A stretch of 64,000 nt of DNA from Candidatus Gottesmanbacteria bacterium (GTDB lineage: Bacteria > Patescibacteriota > Microgenomatia > UBA10105 > UBA927), in the NCBI GenBank assembly GCA_903821745.1, contig CAIJMI010000004.1:4589-68588 (forward strand). Reading direction: 5' to 3'. A model generated the notes under the pieces. The model was not told where the DNA came from. It was given only the letters and a program-made list of their open reading frames with translations, and made no database searches. Both the position numbers and the translations under genes were made by a program. Positions within the stretch are counted from its first letter, which is position 1. Every line of letters begins with the position of its first letter. This document shows positions 13,374 to 23,948 of this stretch, in pieces.

Positions 13374-14687
13374 TTACAACAGCAGTTTTTGCAGCTGTTG
13401 AAGGTTTTTAGCTGTTACACTAGTGATTACTATAGTAAACCCTAACCGTTTAGATTCTTTCACCCGCCGTTCTTCCTGACCCACACGACGAATCTCTCCC
13501 AACAGTCCGAGTTCTCCAAACACGACGGCTTTTGCATCCACTGCTTTATTGGTATAGGAAGAAATAATAGCAAGCGCTACAGCAAGGTCTGCAGCAGGTT
13601 CCGTCAGCTTTAATCCACCACTCACGTTCACAAATACATCCGATGTGCCAAGCGGCAGTCCCAATCGTTTTTGTAAAATTGCAGTTAACAGCTGCAACCT
13701 ATTGTAATCAAATCCATTAGCAACACGACGGGGAATGGGAATCTGACTTGAGACCACTAATGCTTGAATTTCCACAAGTAGTGGCCTGGTTCCTTCCATA
13801 ATAACGGTGACAACTGACCCGGGGACATTCTTTACTCGATCCTGAAGGAATATCTCGGATGGATTATCTATCTCTTTTAGTCCATTTTCTTTCATTTCGA
13901 AAATTCCCACCTCTTCCACTGGTCCAAACCGATTTTTGAGAGTTCGGAGGATTCTTGCATCTGCATACCGTTCTCCCTCCAAATACAACACCGTGTCAAC
14001 CATATGTTCCAACACTTTTGGTCCTGCAATCTCCCCTTCTTTCGTAACATGTCCAATGATGAGCATCGGAATTCCACGGGATTTAGCAAATGCAACGAGC
14101 TCTTCCGCACAATACCGGATCTGTCCGACCGATCCGGCCATCCCGTCAAGTTCTTGGGAAGCAATGGTCTGAATAGAATCAACAATTACAATGCCTTGGG
14201 GAGGATTTTTTGCGAGAGCCTCTAGAATGCCCTCTAACACCGTTTCAGCTAGTACCATGATGTTTGCGCCATCAATTCCCATGCGTTTTGCACGCAATTT
14301 TATTTGTTCTCCGGATTCTTCACCGGAAACATACATGCCGCCAATTGGGGAAAGCACATGAAGAAGCAGCGTGGATTTTCCAATACCCGGATCTCCTGCC
14401 AAAAGGGTGACGGAGCCCGGGACTATCCCCCCACCCATCACGCGGTCAAATTCCGGAAGTCCACATTTTAACCGATTTTTTTCAATATGTTTGACGTCGG
14501 ATAATTTTTGGGGGACGGTTTGACTGACAAACCGTTTTGTTGCACGGGATGTCGTTTCATTTTCCTTCACGGTTTCAACAAGCGAGTTCCAGGAATCACA
14601 ATTTGGACATTTGCCATACCACTGAGGAAATTCAGCAGAGCATTGTTGGCAGACAAATGAGGAACGTTGCTTCATCATAAGAAGCAT
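13374..14687 (-). CDS. radA: DNA repair protein RadA/Sms
   Basis: N-terminal C4 zinc ribbon (CQQCSAEFPQWYGKCPNCDSW), RecA-like Walker A GDPGIGKST, C-terminal Lon-protease-like domain. Confidence 0.9.
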   Translation of the reverse strand: MLLMMKQRSSFVCQQCSAEFPQWYGKCPNCDSWNSLVETVKENETTSRATKRFVSQTVPQKLSDVKHIEKNRLKCGLPEFDRVMGGGIVPGSVTLLAGDPGIGKSTLLLHVLSPIGGMYVSGEESGEQIKLRAKRMGIDGANIMVLAETVLEGILEALAKNPPQGIVIVDSIQTIASQELDGMAGSVGQIRYCAEELVAFAKSRGIPMLIIGHVTKEGEIAGPKVLEHMVDTVLYLEGERYADARILRTLKNRFGPVEEVGIFEMKENGLKEIDNPSEIFLQDRVKNVPGSVVTVIMEGTRPLLVEIQALVVSSQIPIPRRVANGFDYNRLQLLTAILQKRLGLPLGTSDVFVNVSGGLKLTEPAADLAVALAIISSYTNKAVDAKAVVFGELGLLGEIRRVGQEERRVKESKRLGFTIVITSVTAKNLQQLQKLLL

Positions 14688-14719
14688 TGTATCACAACAA
14701 ATCGTGGAGCGATGACAAA

Positions 14720-15901
14720 TTACCGATACCCGATTGGTTTTTCGGTTAAGGTCATGGAAAGACTAATCTTTCGTTTGTCAGGCTGTATGTCTTCAATATT
14801 GACCGTGATTTCATCTCCCACTTTCGGTTCTTCCCCTGGGGAAATTTTTGAAATATGGATGAGTCCATCAATACCTGGTGACAAATTGATAAACACGCCG
14901 TATGGAGACACGCGTGATACGGTGCCTTTGACCTGCGTATCTTTCTCAAACATATCAAGAACGTGTTCCCATGGATCTGGCAATAATTGTTTGAGTGACA
15001 ATGTCATTTTTCCGGTTTTTTCATCAATACCAATGACCTTTACCTTGACGGTATCATTGGCTTTGATGTATTGTCCTGGATCTTCTACTTTTTCCCAGGC
15101 AATCTCGGAAATGTGAATCAGGCCTTCTATATCATGTTTTTCTCCATTTTTTTCAACGGAAAACCGTGCAAATGCACCAAATGGTACAACACCCGTTACT
15201 TTTGCTTCCACGATATCGCCGACTTTGATAAGCTCCAAAAGTTCTTTCTGTTTGGAAAGATTTGCTTCTTCCGTCATCGCGCGCTGTGAGAAAATCAACC
15301 GGTTTGATGCCTGGTCAACTTCCATCACTTTTACGGTGATGCGCCGTCCAACCATCTTGTCGAGTTGTTTACTCGTTGCGCTGTCAAATTGTGACTGAGG
15401 AATATATCCTCGGAGTCCACCGCAATCAACAAGCATTCCGCCACGGACTAACTCTTTGAGGAGTACTTCCATGGATTCGCCGTTTTTCTGGCTTTCGATG
15501 AGTCCATTCCATTGTTTTTCAAAAATGCTTTTTCGAAGGGAAAGTACAGATTGTCCCCGATCGTTTTCTGCAACGATGACGAGTGCCGTCACTTTGTCTC
15601 CTGGTTTTAAAGCAAGAATCGTATCTCGGTAGGATTCGAGTTCACGGTCAATGACCACGCCCTCTGTTTTTCCACCAATTTCGATGGTGACTTCTTTTGG
15701 AGATACTCTCGTAACCACGCCTTCAACGACATCTCCTTTTTTTAGTCCCTTTAAGGAGTAGCCGGTTTGAGCTAAAAGCTCTTCCATCGTGGTTGCTGTA
15801 ATCTTTTTTGGGGTCTGAGGTTTTACCTCCTCAGTTTTTTTTGTTGCAACGACCTCCGCAACAATAGGAGTTTGTTTATCTAACTTTTTCTTTGGTGCCA
15901 T
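14720..15901 (-). CDS. rpsA: 30S ribosomal protein S1 (four S1 domains, Lys-rich N-terminus)
   Basis: Four tandem S1/OB repeats (GDVVEGVVTRV..., GDIVEAKVTGV..., etc.); ATG 15899-15901. Confidence 0.85.
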   Translation of the reverse strand: MAPKKKLDKQTPIVAEVVATKKTEEVKPQTPKKITATTMEELLAQTGYSLKGLKKGDVVEGVVTRVSPKEVTIEIGGKTEGVVIDRELESYRDTILALKPGDKVTALVIVAENDRGQSVLSLRKSIFEKQWNGLIESQKNGESMEVLLKELVRGGMLVDCGGLRGYIPQSQFDSATSKQLDKMVGRRITVKVMEVDQASNRLIFSQRAMTEEANLSKQKELLELIKVGDIVEAKVTGVVPFGAFARFSVEKNGEKHDIEGLIHISEIAWEKVEDPGQYIKANDTVKVKVIGIDEKTGKMTLSLKQLLPDPWEHVLDMFEKDTQVKGTVSRVSPYGVFINLSPGIDGLIHISKISPGEEPKVGDEITVNIEDIQPDKRKISLSMTLTEKPIGYR

Positions 15902-15937
15902 TTATATGTATATCCGCCTTTCTTTTGGAATAGGGGT

Positions 15938-15966
15938 ATTATACATGAAACGAGGCTATTTTCCAA
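15938..15966 (-). promoter_or_regulatory. Candidate rpsA promoter TTGGAA-17 nt-TATAAT immediately downstream of 5S rRNA
   Basis: Minus-strand reading: ttggaa (rc of 15961-15966), 17-nt spacer, tataat (rc of 15938-15943), ~35 nt upstream of rpsA ATG. Confidence 0.45.
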
Positions 15967-15976
15967 GCCAACAAAA

Positions 15977-16124
15977 AACCGCTCCACAGTTCCCCAGCTT
16001 TGACTTATCTTCCCAGGATCTCGCGAACCAAGTATTGTCAGCGCTGACGCGTTTCACTTCCGAGTTCGGGATGGGATCGGGTGGTGCCACGTCGCTCAAA
16101 AAACTGGAGAACTCTAGAGCGGTT
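15977..16124 (-). rRNA. rrf: 5S ribosomal RNA (ends approximate; somewhat longer than the E. coli 120 nt)
   Basis: Reverse complement aligns to bacterial 5S: ...CCACCCGAUCCCAUCCCGAACUCGGAAGUGAAACGC... and 3' ...GGGGAACUGUGGAGCGGUU pairing with 5' AACCGCUC; followed on the minus strand by a T-run. Confidence 0.7.
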
Positions 16125-16543
16125 CTCGTTTACTTTTATTTTTTTAAATTGCAAATACCTTCGAGTAATTACACATAAGGGGTAATGTATCACATTTCCC
16201 TCTTCAAATTTCATATTCGTTTGGGATAGAACAAATTCCTTTGTTCTCCACAACATTCGATCAATTAGTACGAGTAAGCTAAATGCCTTACAGCATGTAC
16301 ACTTCTCGCCTATCAACGTTGTCATCTACAACGGATCTGATAACGATTCTTCATCTTGGGGTGGGCTTGGTGCTTGAGATGCTTTCAGCACTTATCCCTT
16401 CCAGATCTAGCTACCCTGCGGTGCCACCTCTCAGGGTGACAACAGGCAAACCAGGGATCTGTTCCTCTTGGTCCTCTCGTACTGAAGAGAACTCCCCTCA
16501 AGAATCGAACGCTCACACAGGATAGAGACCGAACTGTCTCACG

Positions 16544-17310
16544 CATACAATATCACCTATTACTAGGTGTATGGACTATATCTTCACCCTGCTTTACAAC
16601 AGGGGTCGACGTATTATTCCTTGAAAAATCAAGGGATCTGTCCCTCGCGGAACAAGTCTCTACGGGATCAAATACGGTGTTGTGTATCAAAAAATTCTTT
16701 TACTTTTAATGAAGTGTTTGTTCGCTTCTTTGAATAATTCAATTCAATAAAGCGATCTACTTCTTTTGCAAGTTCCAGCAATTTTTCTTTTGTCATTTTT
16801 CTTCCAGATCCAGGCATTTGTTTAATGACCTTCAAAGCAATTTCAGCTTGAGATTGCTTTAACTTGAGATATGGAAGAAGCATTGTTAATACATGTTCAA
16901 CACTGGTTATACCGACTATGGTGTATTCGCTCATTTCATCATTTCGATTACGAATGTAGCCAATGCCACCAAACTGTTGCTGTAACCAATTTAAAAAAGA
17001 ACGGTGTTGCTGTTTTTGATAAAAAACGATGCTCGCTCGAATCTGATATCCCAAAACATAATCGTTTCGGTATACCAATTGGAGCATTATGCATCCATCT
17101 CCATCAAGAAATCCAGCAATATATGCACATTCTTCTTTTGTCATATTTGTCTTACCCTCGGTATTACCCGTATACATTGTTCGAAATGTACGGGGTTTCA
17201 CCGATTTTAGTCGATTCTTTCTATTCTTTTCCTCAGTGGTGATAGAAAGCAGAAGTCTCAGACTTCACTTTTATTTTATGTCATTACTGACATAGAACGC
17301 AATGAGATTT
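16544..17310 (-). mobile_element. Group I intron (767 nt) in 23S rRNA at the I-CreI/I-CeuI-type site (after U2593, E. coli numbering), carrying a LAGLIDADG homing endonuclease ORF
   Basis: Upstream exon ends ...GGGUUCAGAACGU (rc of 17311-17323) and downstream exon resumes CGUGAGACAGUUCGG (rc of 16527-16543), which is contiguous in uninterrupted 23S. Intron begins after an exonic U and ends in G, as in group I introns. Confidence 0.8.
16668..17144 (-). CDS. LAGLIDADG homing endonuclease, single-motif I-CreI-like
   Basis: Motif AYIAGFLDGDGC; downstream LKLKQSQAEIALKVIKQMP closely resembles I-CreI LKLKQKQANLVLKIIEQLP (from memory); start re-called to ATG at Met20 (17142-17144). Confidence 0.85.
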   Translation of the reverse strand: MTKEECAYIAGFLDGDGCIMLQLVYRNDYVLGYQIRASIVFYQKQQHRSFLNWLQQQFGGIGYIRNRNDEMSEYTIVGITSVEHVLTMLLPYLKLKQSQAEIALKVIKQMPGSGRKMTKEKLLELAKEVDRFIELNYSKKRTNTSLKVKEFFDTQHRI

Positions 17311-19660
17311 ACGTTCTGAACCCAGCTCGCGTACCCTTTTAACCGGCGAACAGCCGGACCCTTGGGACCTTCTCCAGCCCCAGGATAGGATGAGCCGACA
17401 TCGAGGTGCCAAACCGCCTCGTCGATATGGACTCTCGGAAGCGATCAGCCTGTTATCCCCAGAGTAGCTTTTATCCGTTAAGCCCGAACCCTCCCACGAG
17501 GGTATCGAGGATCACTAACGCCTGCTTTCGCATCTGCTCGACATGTACGTCTCGCAGTCAAGCTGGCTTATCGCGTTTGCACGACCCGTCCTGGTTTCCA
17601 TTCAGGATTAGCCAACCTTTGCACGCCTCCGTTACACTTTTGGAGGCAACCTCCCCAGTTAAACTGCCCATCAGACAGTGTTCTTCTCCTAGATTTTTAT
17701 GTAGGAGTAAGTAAGATTCCTTCATTTCAAAGAGTGGTATTCCATTGTCGCCCGAAGGCTCCCACCTATACTCGACAGTTAAAATAAAGTCCTCAGTGCC
17801 AAATTGCAGTAAAGCTTCATGGGGTCTTTTTGTCCATGTGTGAGTAGGCCGCATCTTCACAGCCATTTCAATTTCGCCGGGTAACAGTTTAAGACAGTCA
17901 CTATGTCATGCTACCTTTCGTGCGGGTCGGAACTTGCCCGACAAGGAATTTCGCTACCATAGAACAGTTATAGTTACTGCTGCCGTTCACCGGAGCTTGA
18001 AAAGCTAGCTAAAAAACTTGCGTTTTGTTTACCAACCTTTCTTAACTTACCGGCACTGGGCAGGTGTCAGCCCCTATACGTTGCGTTTCCGCTTCGCAGA
18101 GACCTGTGTTTTAGTTAAACAGTTGCATAGTGTCGTTTACTGTGACCTAGATTGCTCTAGGTAAGGTATCTCCAATAAGTTACACCTAGTTTTTGTTGCC
18201 GAGTTCCTTAAACTGCTGTCGCCCGCTTGCCTTGGTATACTCTACCAGCGCACCAGTGTTGGTTATTAGTACGGATACAATGTATTTCACAACGAGACTT
18301 TTCTCGAATAAGAAACGATTGATGTTGTTCTTGTCTTGCGACGCAAACTTCCCCATGTCTTCAGTTAAACATGAAAACGGATTTACCAGTTTCCACTACG
18401 TGAACATTTAGATCCCGCGAGTGCGAGACATCAACAAATCCCTCATTGTCATCCCTTTGTGTCTTAATCAATACATCATAGTAACGGAATATAAACCGTT
18501 TATACATCGACCTACGCCATCAAAATAATGGCCTCGGCTTAGATCCGACTTACCCGAAGTCGACGAACGTTGCTTCGGAAACCTTGCGCAGTCGGCATGG
18601 AAGATTCTCACTTCCAAACGCTACTCATACCGGCATTCTCACTTCTGTCCGCTCCAGTCAGCCTTCCGGCCTAACCTTCACTGCAGAACAGAACGCTCCC
18701 CTACCACGTGCCTTGCGGCACATCTTAATCTTCGGTGGTGTACTTGAGCCTCGTTCATTTTCGGCGCTACGAATTTCATCCAGTGCGCTGTTACGCGTTC
18801 TTTAAAAGATGGCTGCTTCTGAGCCAACTTCCTGGGTGTCTTAAATTCATAACTTCCTTAACCACTGAGTACACACTTAGAGACCTTAGATGTAAGTCCG
18901 GGCTGTTGCCCTTTTGACACACGCGCTTAGCCGTGCATGTCTGACTAGTTACGTATCACGGAAAGTATTCGGAGTTTGATTGATGCGCATTCCTTGCGAA
19001 ACATGTATCATTCAGTGCTCTACCCCTTCCGGGAATTAGTAACCGCTATACCTAAATATATTTCGGGGAGAACCAGCTATCTCCAGGTTCGATAGGCATA
19101 TTACCCCTAACCACAAGTCATCTCACAGATTTGCAGCTCTGACGAGTTCGGGCCTCTTGTTGGCTTTCGTCAACATTCACCCTGCTCATGGTTAGCTCAC
19201 CTGGTTTCGGGTCTGTCCAATACAACAAACGGTCAATTAGACCTCGCTTTCACTACGCTTTCCCATGTTGTACATGGTTAAGCAAACGCTGTATTGGGCA
19301 ACTCGCCGGTTCATTCTTCAATAGGCACGACGTCAGTATCTTGCGATACCTTCGTCTGTTTGTTAGTTGATAATTTCAGGTACTATTTCATTCCCCTTCC
19401 GGGGTGCTTTTCACCTTTCCCTCATGGTACTTGTTCACTATCGGTGCATTCATGTATTTAGTCTTGGATCGTGGTTGACCCAGATTCCCACAGACCCTTC
19501 GTGGTCCATGGTACTTAGGAACTTTATAAGGGAGCAAATAATTTAATATACACGACTTTCACGTTCTTTGGTTTCCTATTCCACGGTATTCTACTATCAT
19601 TTGCTACATCCTACATTAAAAGCCCTACAACCCCACAACTTGCGTTGTGGTTTAGACTCC

Positions 19661-19691
<31 letters not shown>

Positions 19692-20225
19692 TCGTACTTG
19701 ATTTCTATTCCTCAGGCTACTGAGATGTTTCAGTTCGCCCGGTATCCTACATACGACTATCTCAATCTTTCGACTGCCTTTGTCGCACATTGACTAGCTC
19801 TTCGCTAGACGGGTTTCCCCATTCGGAAACCGCCGGATCACAGGATTATGACTCCTCCCCGACGAATATCGCTGTCATATGCGTCCTTCCTCGGCATGAA
19901 TACCCAGGGCATCCATTATCAACTTTAAAAGCGTTGCAGAGAACAAAGGAGCTAAATTGTAATTTAGCGCTTTGTTCTATTTTTTTCGACAAATTTTTAT
20001 ACAAAAATATATCGCCCAACGAAATGTCATCGAAAAGGTAATATATGTACATTACCCCTTACGATGCAATTACTCATTTATTCATTCAAAAAAACCATGT
20101 ATCTTCCTTGTCCTATTTATAAAGGAAGATACTATTTATGTATTGTTAACGTGCAACTCGCTTTTTTTCGCGAGAAAAGGGATCAACAGGAAGTGAACCC
20201 TTATCCCGCGAAACGAACCGTTTTT

Positions 20226-20301
20226 TGGTGGACCCGACCGGATTCGAACCGGTGACCTCATCATTGCAAATGATGCGCTCTACCAGCTAAGCTACGGGCC
20301 C
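20226..20301 (-). tRNA. tRNA-Ala (anticodon UGC), CCA encoded
   Basis: rc = GGGCCCGUAGCUUAGCUGGUAGAGCGCAUCAUUUGCAAUGAUGAGGUCACCGGUUCGAAUCCGGUCGGGUCCACCA; clean cloverleaf, G3:U70 alanine identity pair, anticodon loop UUUGCAA. Confidence 0.9.
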
Positions 20302-20347
20302 GAAACCCAATCTCAAGTCCAGATGTTAAACCAATGTGCAAAGGGCA

Positions 20348-20371
20348 TTAAAAAACCCCGCTTGTGCGGGG
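20348..20371 (-). terminator. Intrinsic terminator hairpin (downstream of gdh, upstream of the tRNA-Ala-23S-5S unit)
   Basis: ccccgc-ttgt-gcgggg stem-loop followed on the minus strand by TTTTTTAA. Confidence 0.5.
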
Positions 20372-20589
20372 CGTTGTGATCAATTCATGAGCGATGCGCT
20401 ATTGCATCCACGGCAAAAACCAAACTGTCTTTCGATTGTATGGTATATAGCTTATCATGAATAATTTTTTACTCATTTCCCTTGGAAACTTCTGAGAAAT
20501 CAATAAAAAAGTACGCCCTAACACGAGCAAATGTATATTCTACGCAAGTTGCTTCTTCCTGTCAACAAGGAAAGAACAGATGTATTCCA

Positions 20590-21831
20590 TCATTTCATTG
20601 CTTTATTAATTCTTCCGAGCGCAACCACAAAAGCAGCAGTCCGTAAATCCGTTTTAATTTTTTTGGACATAGCCCAGATATCATCAACAGCTCTCTCCAT
20701 TTTAGCCTTAAGCCTGGCATTAACAAGCTTTTTAGTCCAATGCTGTCCTTTGAGATTCTGTTCCCATTCAAACGCAGAAACAGAGACACCGCCGGAATTA
20801 GCCAGGACATCAGGAATAACCACAATCCCTTTCTTATATACTATGGTATCTGCCTCCGAAGCTATTGGCCCGTTTGCCATCTCCAAAATCACCCGAGCCT
20901 TGATTTTGGAAGCATTTACCTTCGTAATCACGCTTTCCAAAGCCGACGGCACCAAGATATCAACCGGCAATTCCAAAAGCGCGGCATTCGTGATTTCCTT
21001 TCCGGAAGCCTTTAAGGAGCCTGTTTTCTTCTTGGAAGCAAGGACTGCTTCAGGATTTAACCCTTCCTTATTATATATACCGCCCTTGCTGTCAGAGACC
21101 GCAACAACCGTAAATCCTTGCTCATACAAGAACTTTGCAATGTTGTATCCCACGTTCCCAAACCCCTGGACTGCGGCAGTAAGCTTCCCGGACAATTTCA
21201 TTTTCAAAAGACACGCCTGAAGAACAAACAGTCCTCCCAAGCCCGTTGCCTCTTCCCGTCCCTCGCTTCCCCCATCGGCAATGAGTTTTCCGGTAAATGT
21301 TGACCGGAGTTTCAAAGTTTCTTTTTTTGTCAACTTTTTTGGCTGGAGCTTGATAAACTCATCCACCATCCATCCCATGATTTGTCCTGTGGTATTTACA
21401 TCAGGTGCTGGGACATCTTTGGTGGGTCCAATATTGTCTGCAATTGCCCGCGCATAGCCGCGGGATAACCGTTCGAGTTCACTCACCGACAATGTTTTTG
21501 GGTCAACAATGACACCGCCTTTCCCTCCACCAAGGGGAAGATCGGCAATGGAACATTTCATTGCCATCCAAAAAGACAATGCCTTCACTTCATCAAGCGA
21601 CACTTGTGGATGAAACCGAATACCGCCTTTATACGGTCCCCGTGCGTTATTAAACTGCACCCGATATCCTTGAAAAATTTTTGTTTTTCCGTTATCCATT
21701 TTGACATGTATAGTGACGTTTAAAATCCGTTGGGGTTGTTTGAGAATTTCCAACGTATCCCCCATTGCTACATATTGGGCTGCGTTATCAAGTTGCAGCA
21801 TTGCACTTTCAAATGGATTAATAGTAGACAT
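20590..21831 (-). CDS. gdhA: Glutamate dehydrogenase (Glu/Leu/Phe/Val dehydrogenase family)
   Basis: 413 aa; catalytic-Lys region (GGGKGG), NAD(P) Rossmann GFGNVGYNIAKFLYEQGFTVVAVSDS. Confidence 0.9.
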   Translation of the reverse strand: MSTINPFESAMLQLDNAAQYVAMGDTLEILKQPQRILNVTIHVKMDNGKTKIFQGYRVQFNNARGPYKGGIRFHPQVSLDEVKALSFWMAMKCSIADLPLGGGKGGVIVDPKTLSVSELERLSRGYARAIADNIGPTKDVPAPDVNTTGQIMGWMVDEFIKLQPKKLTKKETLKLRSTFTGKLIADGGSEGREEATGLGGLFVLQACLLKMKLSGKLTAAVQGFGNVGYNIAKFLYEQGFTVVAVSDSKGGIYNKEGLNPEAVLASKKKTGSLKASGKEITNAALLELPVDILVPSALESVITKVNASKIKARVILEMANGPIASEADTIVYKKGIVVIPDVLANSGGVSVSAFEWEQNLKGQHWTKKLVNARLKAKMERAVDDIWAMSKKIKTDLRTAAFVVALGRINKAMK

Positions 21832-21869
21832 AAAAACGTTCCTCCTTCAAAAAAAGAAATACGATACCG

Positions 21870-22556
21870 TTAAAAAAGTTCTGTTTTAATCTGTTCCCCT
21901 AAAACAGTGTGGGCAAGAAGCAGTTGTTTTATATAACGAATCATTTCTTTATTTCCACAAAGATAAAAATCAGCTTGGGATAAATCGGGTTCTTTTGTAA
22001 CATAGTCTGTCACATGTCCGATTTTCCCCTTCCATGTTTCTTTTGGCTTTGAAAGAATCAAATGGTAGGAAAAATTTGAATAAGATGCTACAAACGCGTC
22101 AAGTTCGTCCTGCCAATAGATATCTTCCTCGTGCCGTAATCCCCAATACAATACCATCGGGATATCATGCGGCGCATCCAAAATCATTGCCTTTAGCGGT
22201 GCGATACCGGTTCCCGTTGCAATCAATATTTTTTTTCTGAGTGACGGCGTCATGGTGAAAACACCAAGCGGAGCAAGCATTTGGATGGCATCCCCCACTT
22301 TTTTGGAGAGAAAATATTTTGATCCCGGACCCATGGGTTTTGTATCAATAACCATCTGGACGGTACTGGTCTCCCGCGGATTGGAACAAAATGAATATTG
22401 CCGGCGGGTTACACCGTCAATTATGACCGTTCCATACTGACCGGCCTGAAATTGCATGGACGTGATATCCAGAAAAGAAAACGTAAATTCGTATACTGTT
22501 TCCGTGAGTTTTTGGATGTGTTGTATTCGTGCAGTATGAAGAGACGGTTGTTGCAT
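21870..22556 (-). CDS. FNR-like oxidoreductase with FAD-binding and NAD(P)-binding domains (PyrK-like but lacking a 2Fe-2S cysteine cluster)
   Basis: R.YS flavin-binding motif (RRQYSF), GTGIAP NAD-binding motif, single C-terminal Cys. Confidence 0.7.
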   Translation of the reverse strand: MQQPSLHTARIQHIQKLTETVYEFTFSFLDITSMQFQAGQYGTVIIDGVTRRQYSFCSNPRETSTVQMVIDTKPMGPGSKYFLSKKVGDAIQMLAPLGVFTMTPSLRKKILIATGTGIAPLKAMILDAPHDIPMVLYWGLRHEEDIYWQDELDAFVASYSNFSYHLILSKPKETWKGKIGHVTDYVTKEPDLSQADFYLCGNKEMIRYIKQLLLAHTVLGEQIKTELF

Positions 22557-22612
22557 GACGTTTAATTATATACGGTTACCTGAATTGTACCTGAACAATA
22601 CAGGAAAAATAA

Positions 22613-23551
22613 TTATTTTTTATCCTGTAACCATCGTTCTGCATCAATTGCGGCCATTGCTCCCATGCCAGCAGCAACAATACCCTGACGGTAGCGGGTA
22701 TCAACACAGTCTCCTGCTGCAAAAATGCCATCAACAGATGTTGCTGAATGTGCCTCTGTTGCTGACCGCATGCCTTTAATTTGAACGTATCCTGCCGCAT
22801 CCATTGCAACAATACCCTGTAAAAATACAGTTGCAGGAGTATGACCAATCGCAGCAAACACACCATCAATGGGCATATCTGTTATTGCATTGGTTACGGT
22901 ATTTTTTATTTTTACCCCGGTCAGCTTTGTATCCCCGACAAACGATTCGATGACTGAATTTGTCAAAAAAGAAATCTTCGGATCTTTTTTTGCTTTTTCC
23001 AGCATGATGGCACTTGCCCGAAATTCCTCCCGACGGTGCAAAATGGTGACATGTGTTGCAAATTTTGTTAAAAATGTTGCTTCCTCCATCGCAGTATCCC
23101 CGCCACCAACAACGATCAACTGCTTATCTTTGAAAAAAAATCCGTCACACGTTGCACAATAACTAATGCCTTTTCCCCGATAGGTTTCCTCCCCAGCTAT
23201 TCCCATTGCTTTTGCCTGGGCTCCTGTTGCCACAATGATTGATTTCGTCTGGTACGTTCCATTTCCGGTAACAACCGCAAATGTTCCATCTGGTTCCTTT
23301 TTAATTGTCGTAACAGCATCCGTGATCATTTCCGTGCCAAATCGTTCTGCCTGTGCTTTCATATTCATCATGAGTTGCGGCCCCATGATGCCTTCTGGAA
23401 ATCCCGGAAAATTATCTATTTCTGTTGTTGTGGTTAATTGTCCTCCAGGGATAAATCCGGAAATCAACACGGTTTTTAAAAATGCACGAGAAGAATAAAT
23501 CGCTGCAGTATATCCGGCTGGTCCTGATCCGATGATAACAATATCGTACAT
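22613..23551 (-). CDS. trxB: Thioredoxin reductase
   Basis: MYDIVIIGSGPAGYTAAIY FAD-binding motif; redox-active CATC disulfide (CATCDGFFF); second GxGxxA NADPH motif (VVGGGDTAME). Confidence 0.9.
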   Translation of the reverse strand: MYDIVIIGSGPAGYTAAIYSSRAFLKTVLISGFIPGGQLTTTTEIDNFPGFPEGIMGPQLMMNMKAQAERFGTEMITDAVTTIKKEPDGTFAVVTGNGTYQTKSIIVATGAQAKAMGIAGEETYRGKGISYCATCDGFFFKDKQLIVVGGGDTAMEEATFLTKFATHVTILHRREEFRASAIMLEKAKKDPKISFLTNSVIESFVGDTKLTGVKIKNTVTNAITDMPIDGVFAAIGHTPATVFLQGIVAMDAAGYVQIKGMRSATEAHSATSVDGIFAAGDCVDTRYRQGIVAAGMGAMAAIDAERWLQDKK

Positions 23552-23554
23552 AAA

Positions 23555-23875
23555 TTAAATAAGTTTTTTTAATTCTCCCATAATCATGTCTTTACTTTGA
23601 AGACCTATCATCTGTTTTACAACCGCTCCGTTTTTAAATATCATCAAGGTTGGAATTGACATAATACCGTACTTCCCAGCAGTTTGTGGATTTTCATCGA
23701 CATTGACTTTTCCCACTTTTGTTTTTCCTTCCATGACGTTGGCTACATCTTCAATAATGGGTCCCTGTGTTTGACATGGACCGCACCAGACCGCCCAAAA
23801 ATCAACAAGTACGGGAATGGTACTTTTCATGACTTCCGTATCAAAATTCTGATCAGTTAAAACAATATCGGCCAT
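23555..23875 (-). CDS. trxA: Thioredoxin
   Basis: WCGPC active site (WAVWCGPCQ). ORF-track start (23899) is a TTG; re-called to the ATG at Met9 (MADIVLTDQNF...), which has an AAGGAGG Shine-Dalgarno (rc of 23878-23886). Confidence 0.85.
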   Translation of the reverse strand: MADIVLTDQNFDTEVMKSTIPVLVDFWAVWCGPCQTQGPIIEDVANVMEGKTKVGKVNVDENPQTAGKYGIMSIPTLMIFKNGAVVKQMIGLQSKDMIMGELKKLI

Positions 23876-23948
23876 ACGCCTCCTTTTTTGTTGCATCAAT
23901 TATCACATGTAGTATACTATATTTCTTATAAGAACATCGGAGAAATTT

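Noticed and set aside
16038-19370. Numerous 60-123-aa ORFs (e.g. 16038..16325, 16871..17242, 17406..17714, 17558..17866, 18193..18411, 18584..18805, 19188..19370)
   Set aside because: They lie inside the 5S/23S rRNA genes or intron; rRNA conservation explains the sequence and the ORFs have no coding signatures.
20531-21220. 229-aa ORF on the plus strand
   Set aside because: Antisense to the well-supported glutamate dehydrogenase gene; low-complexity composition.
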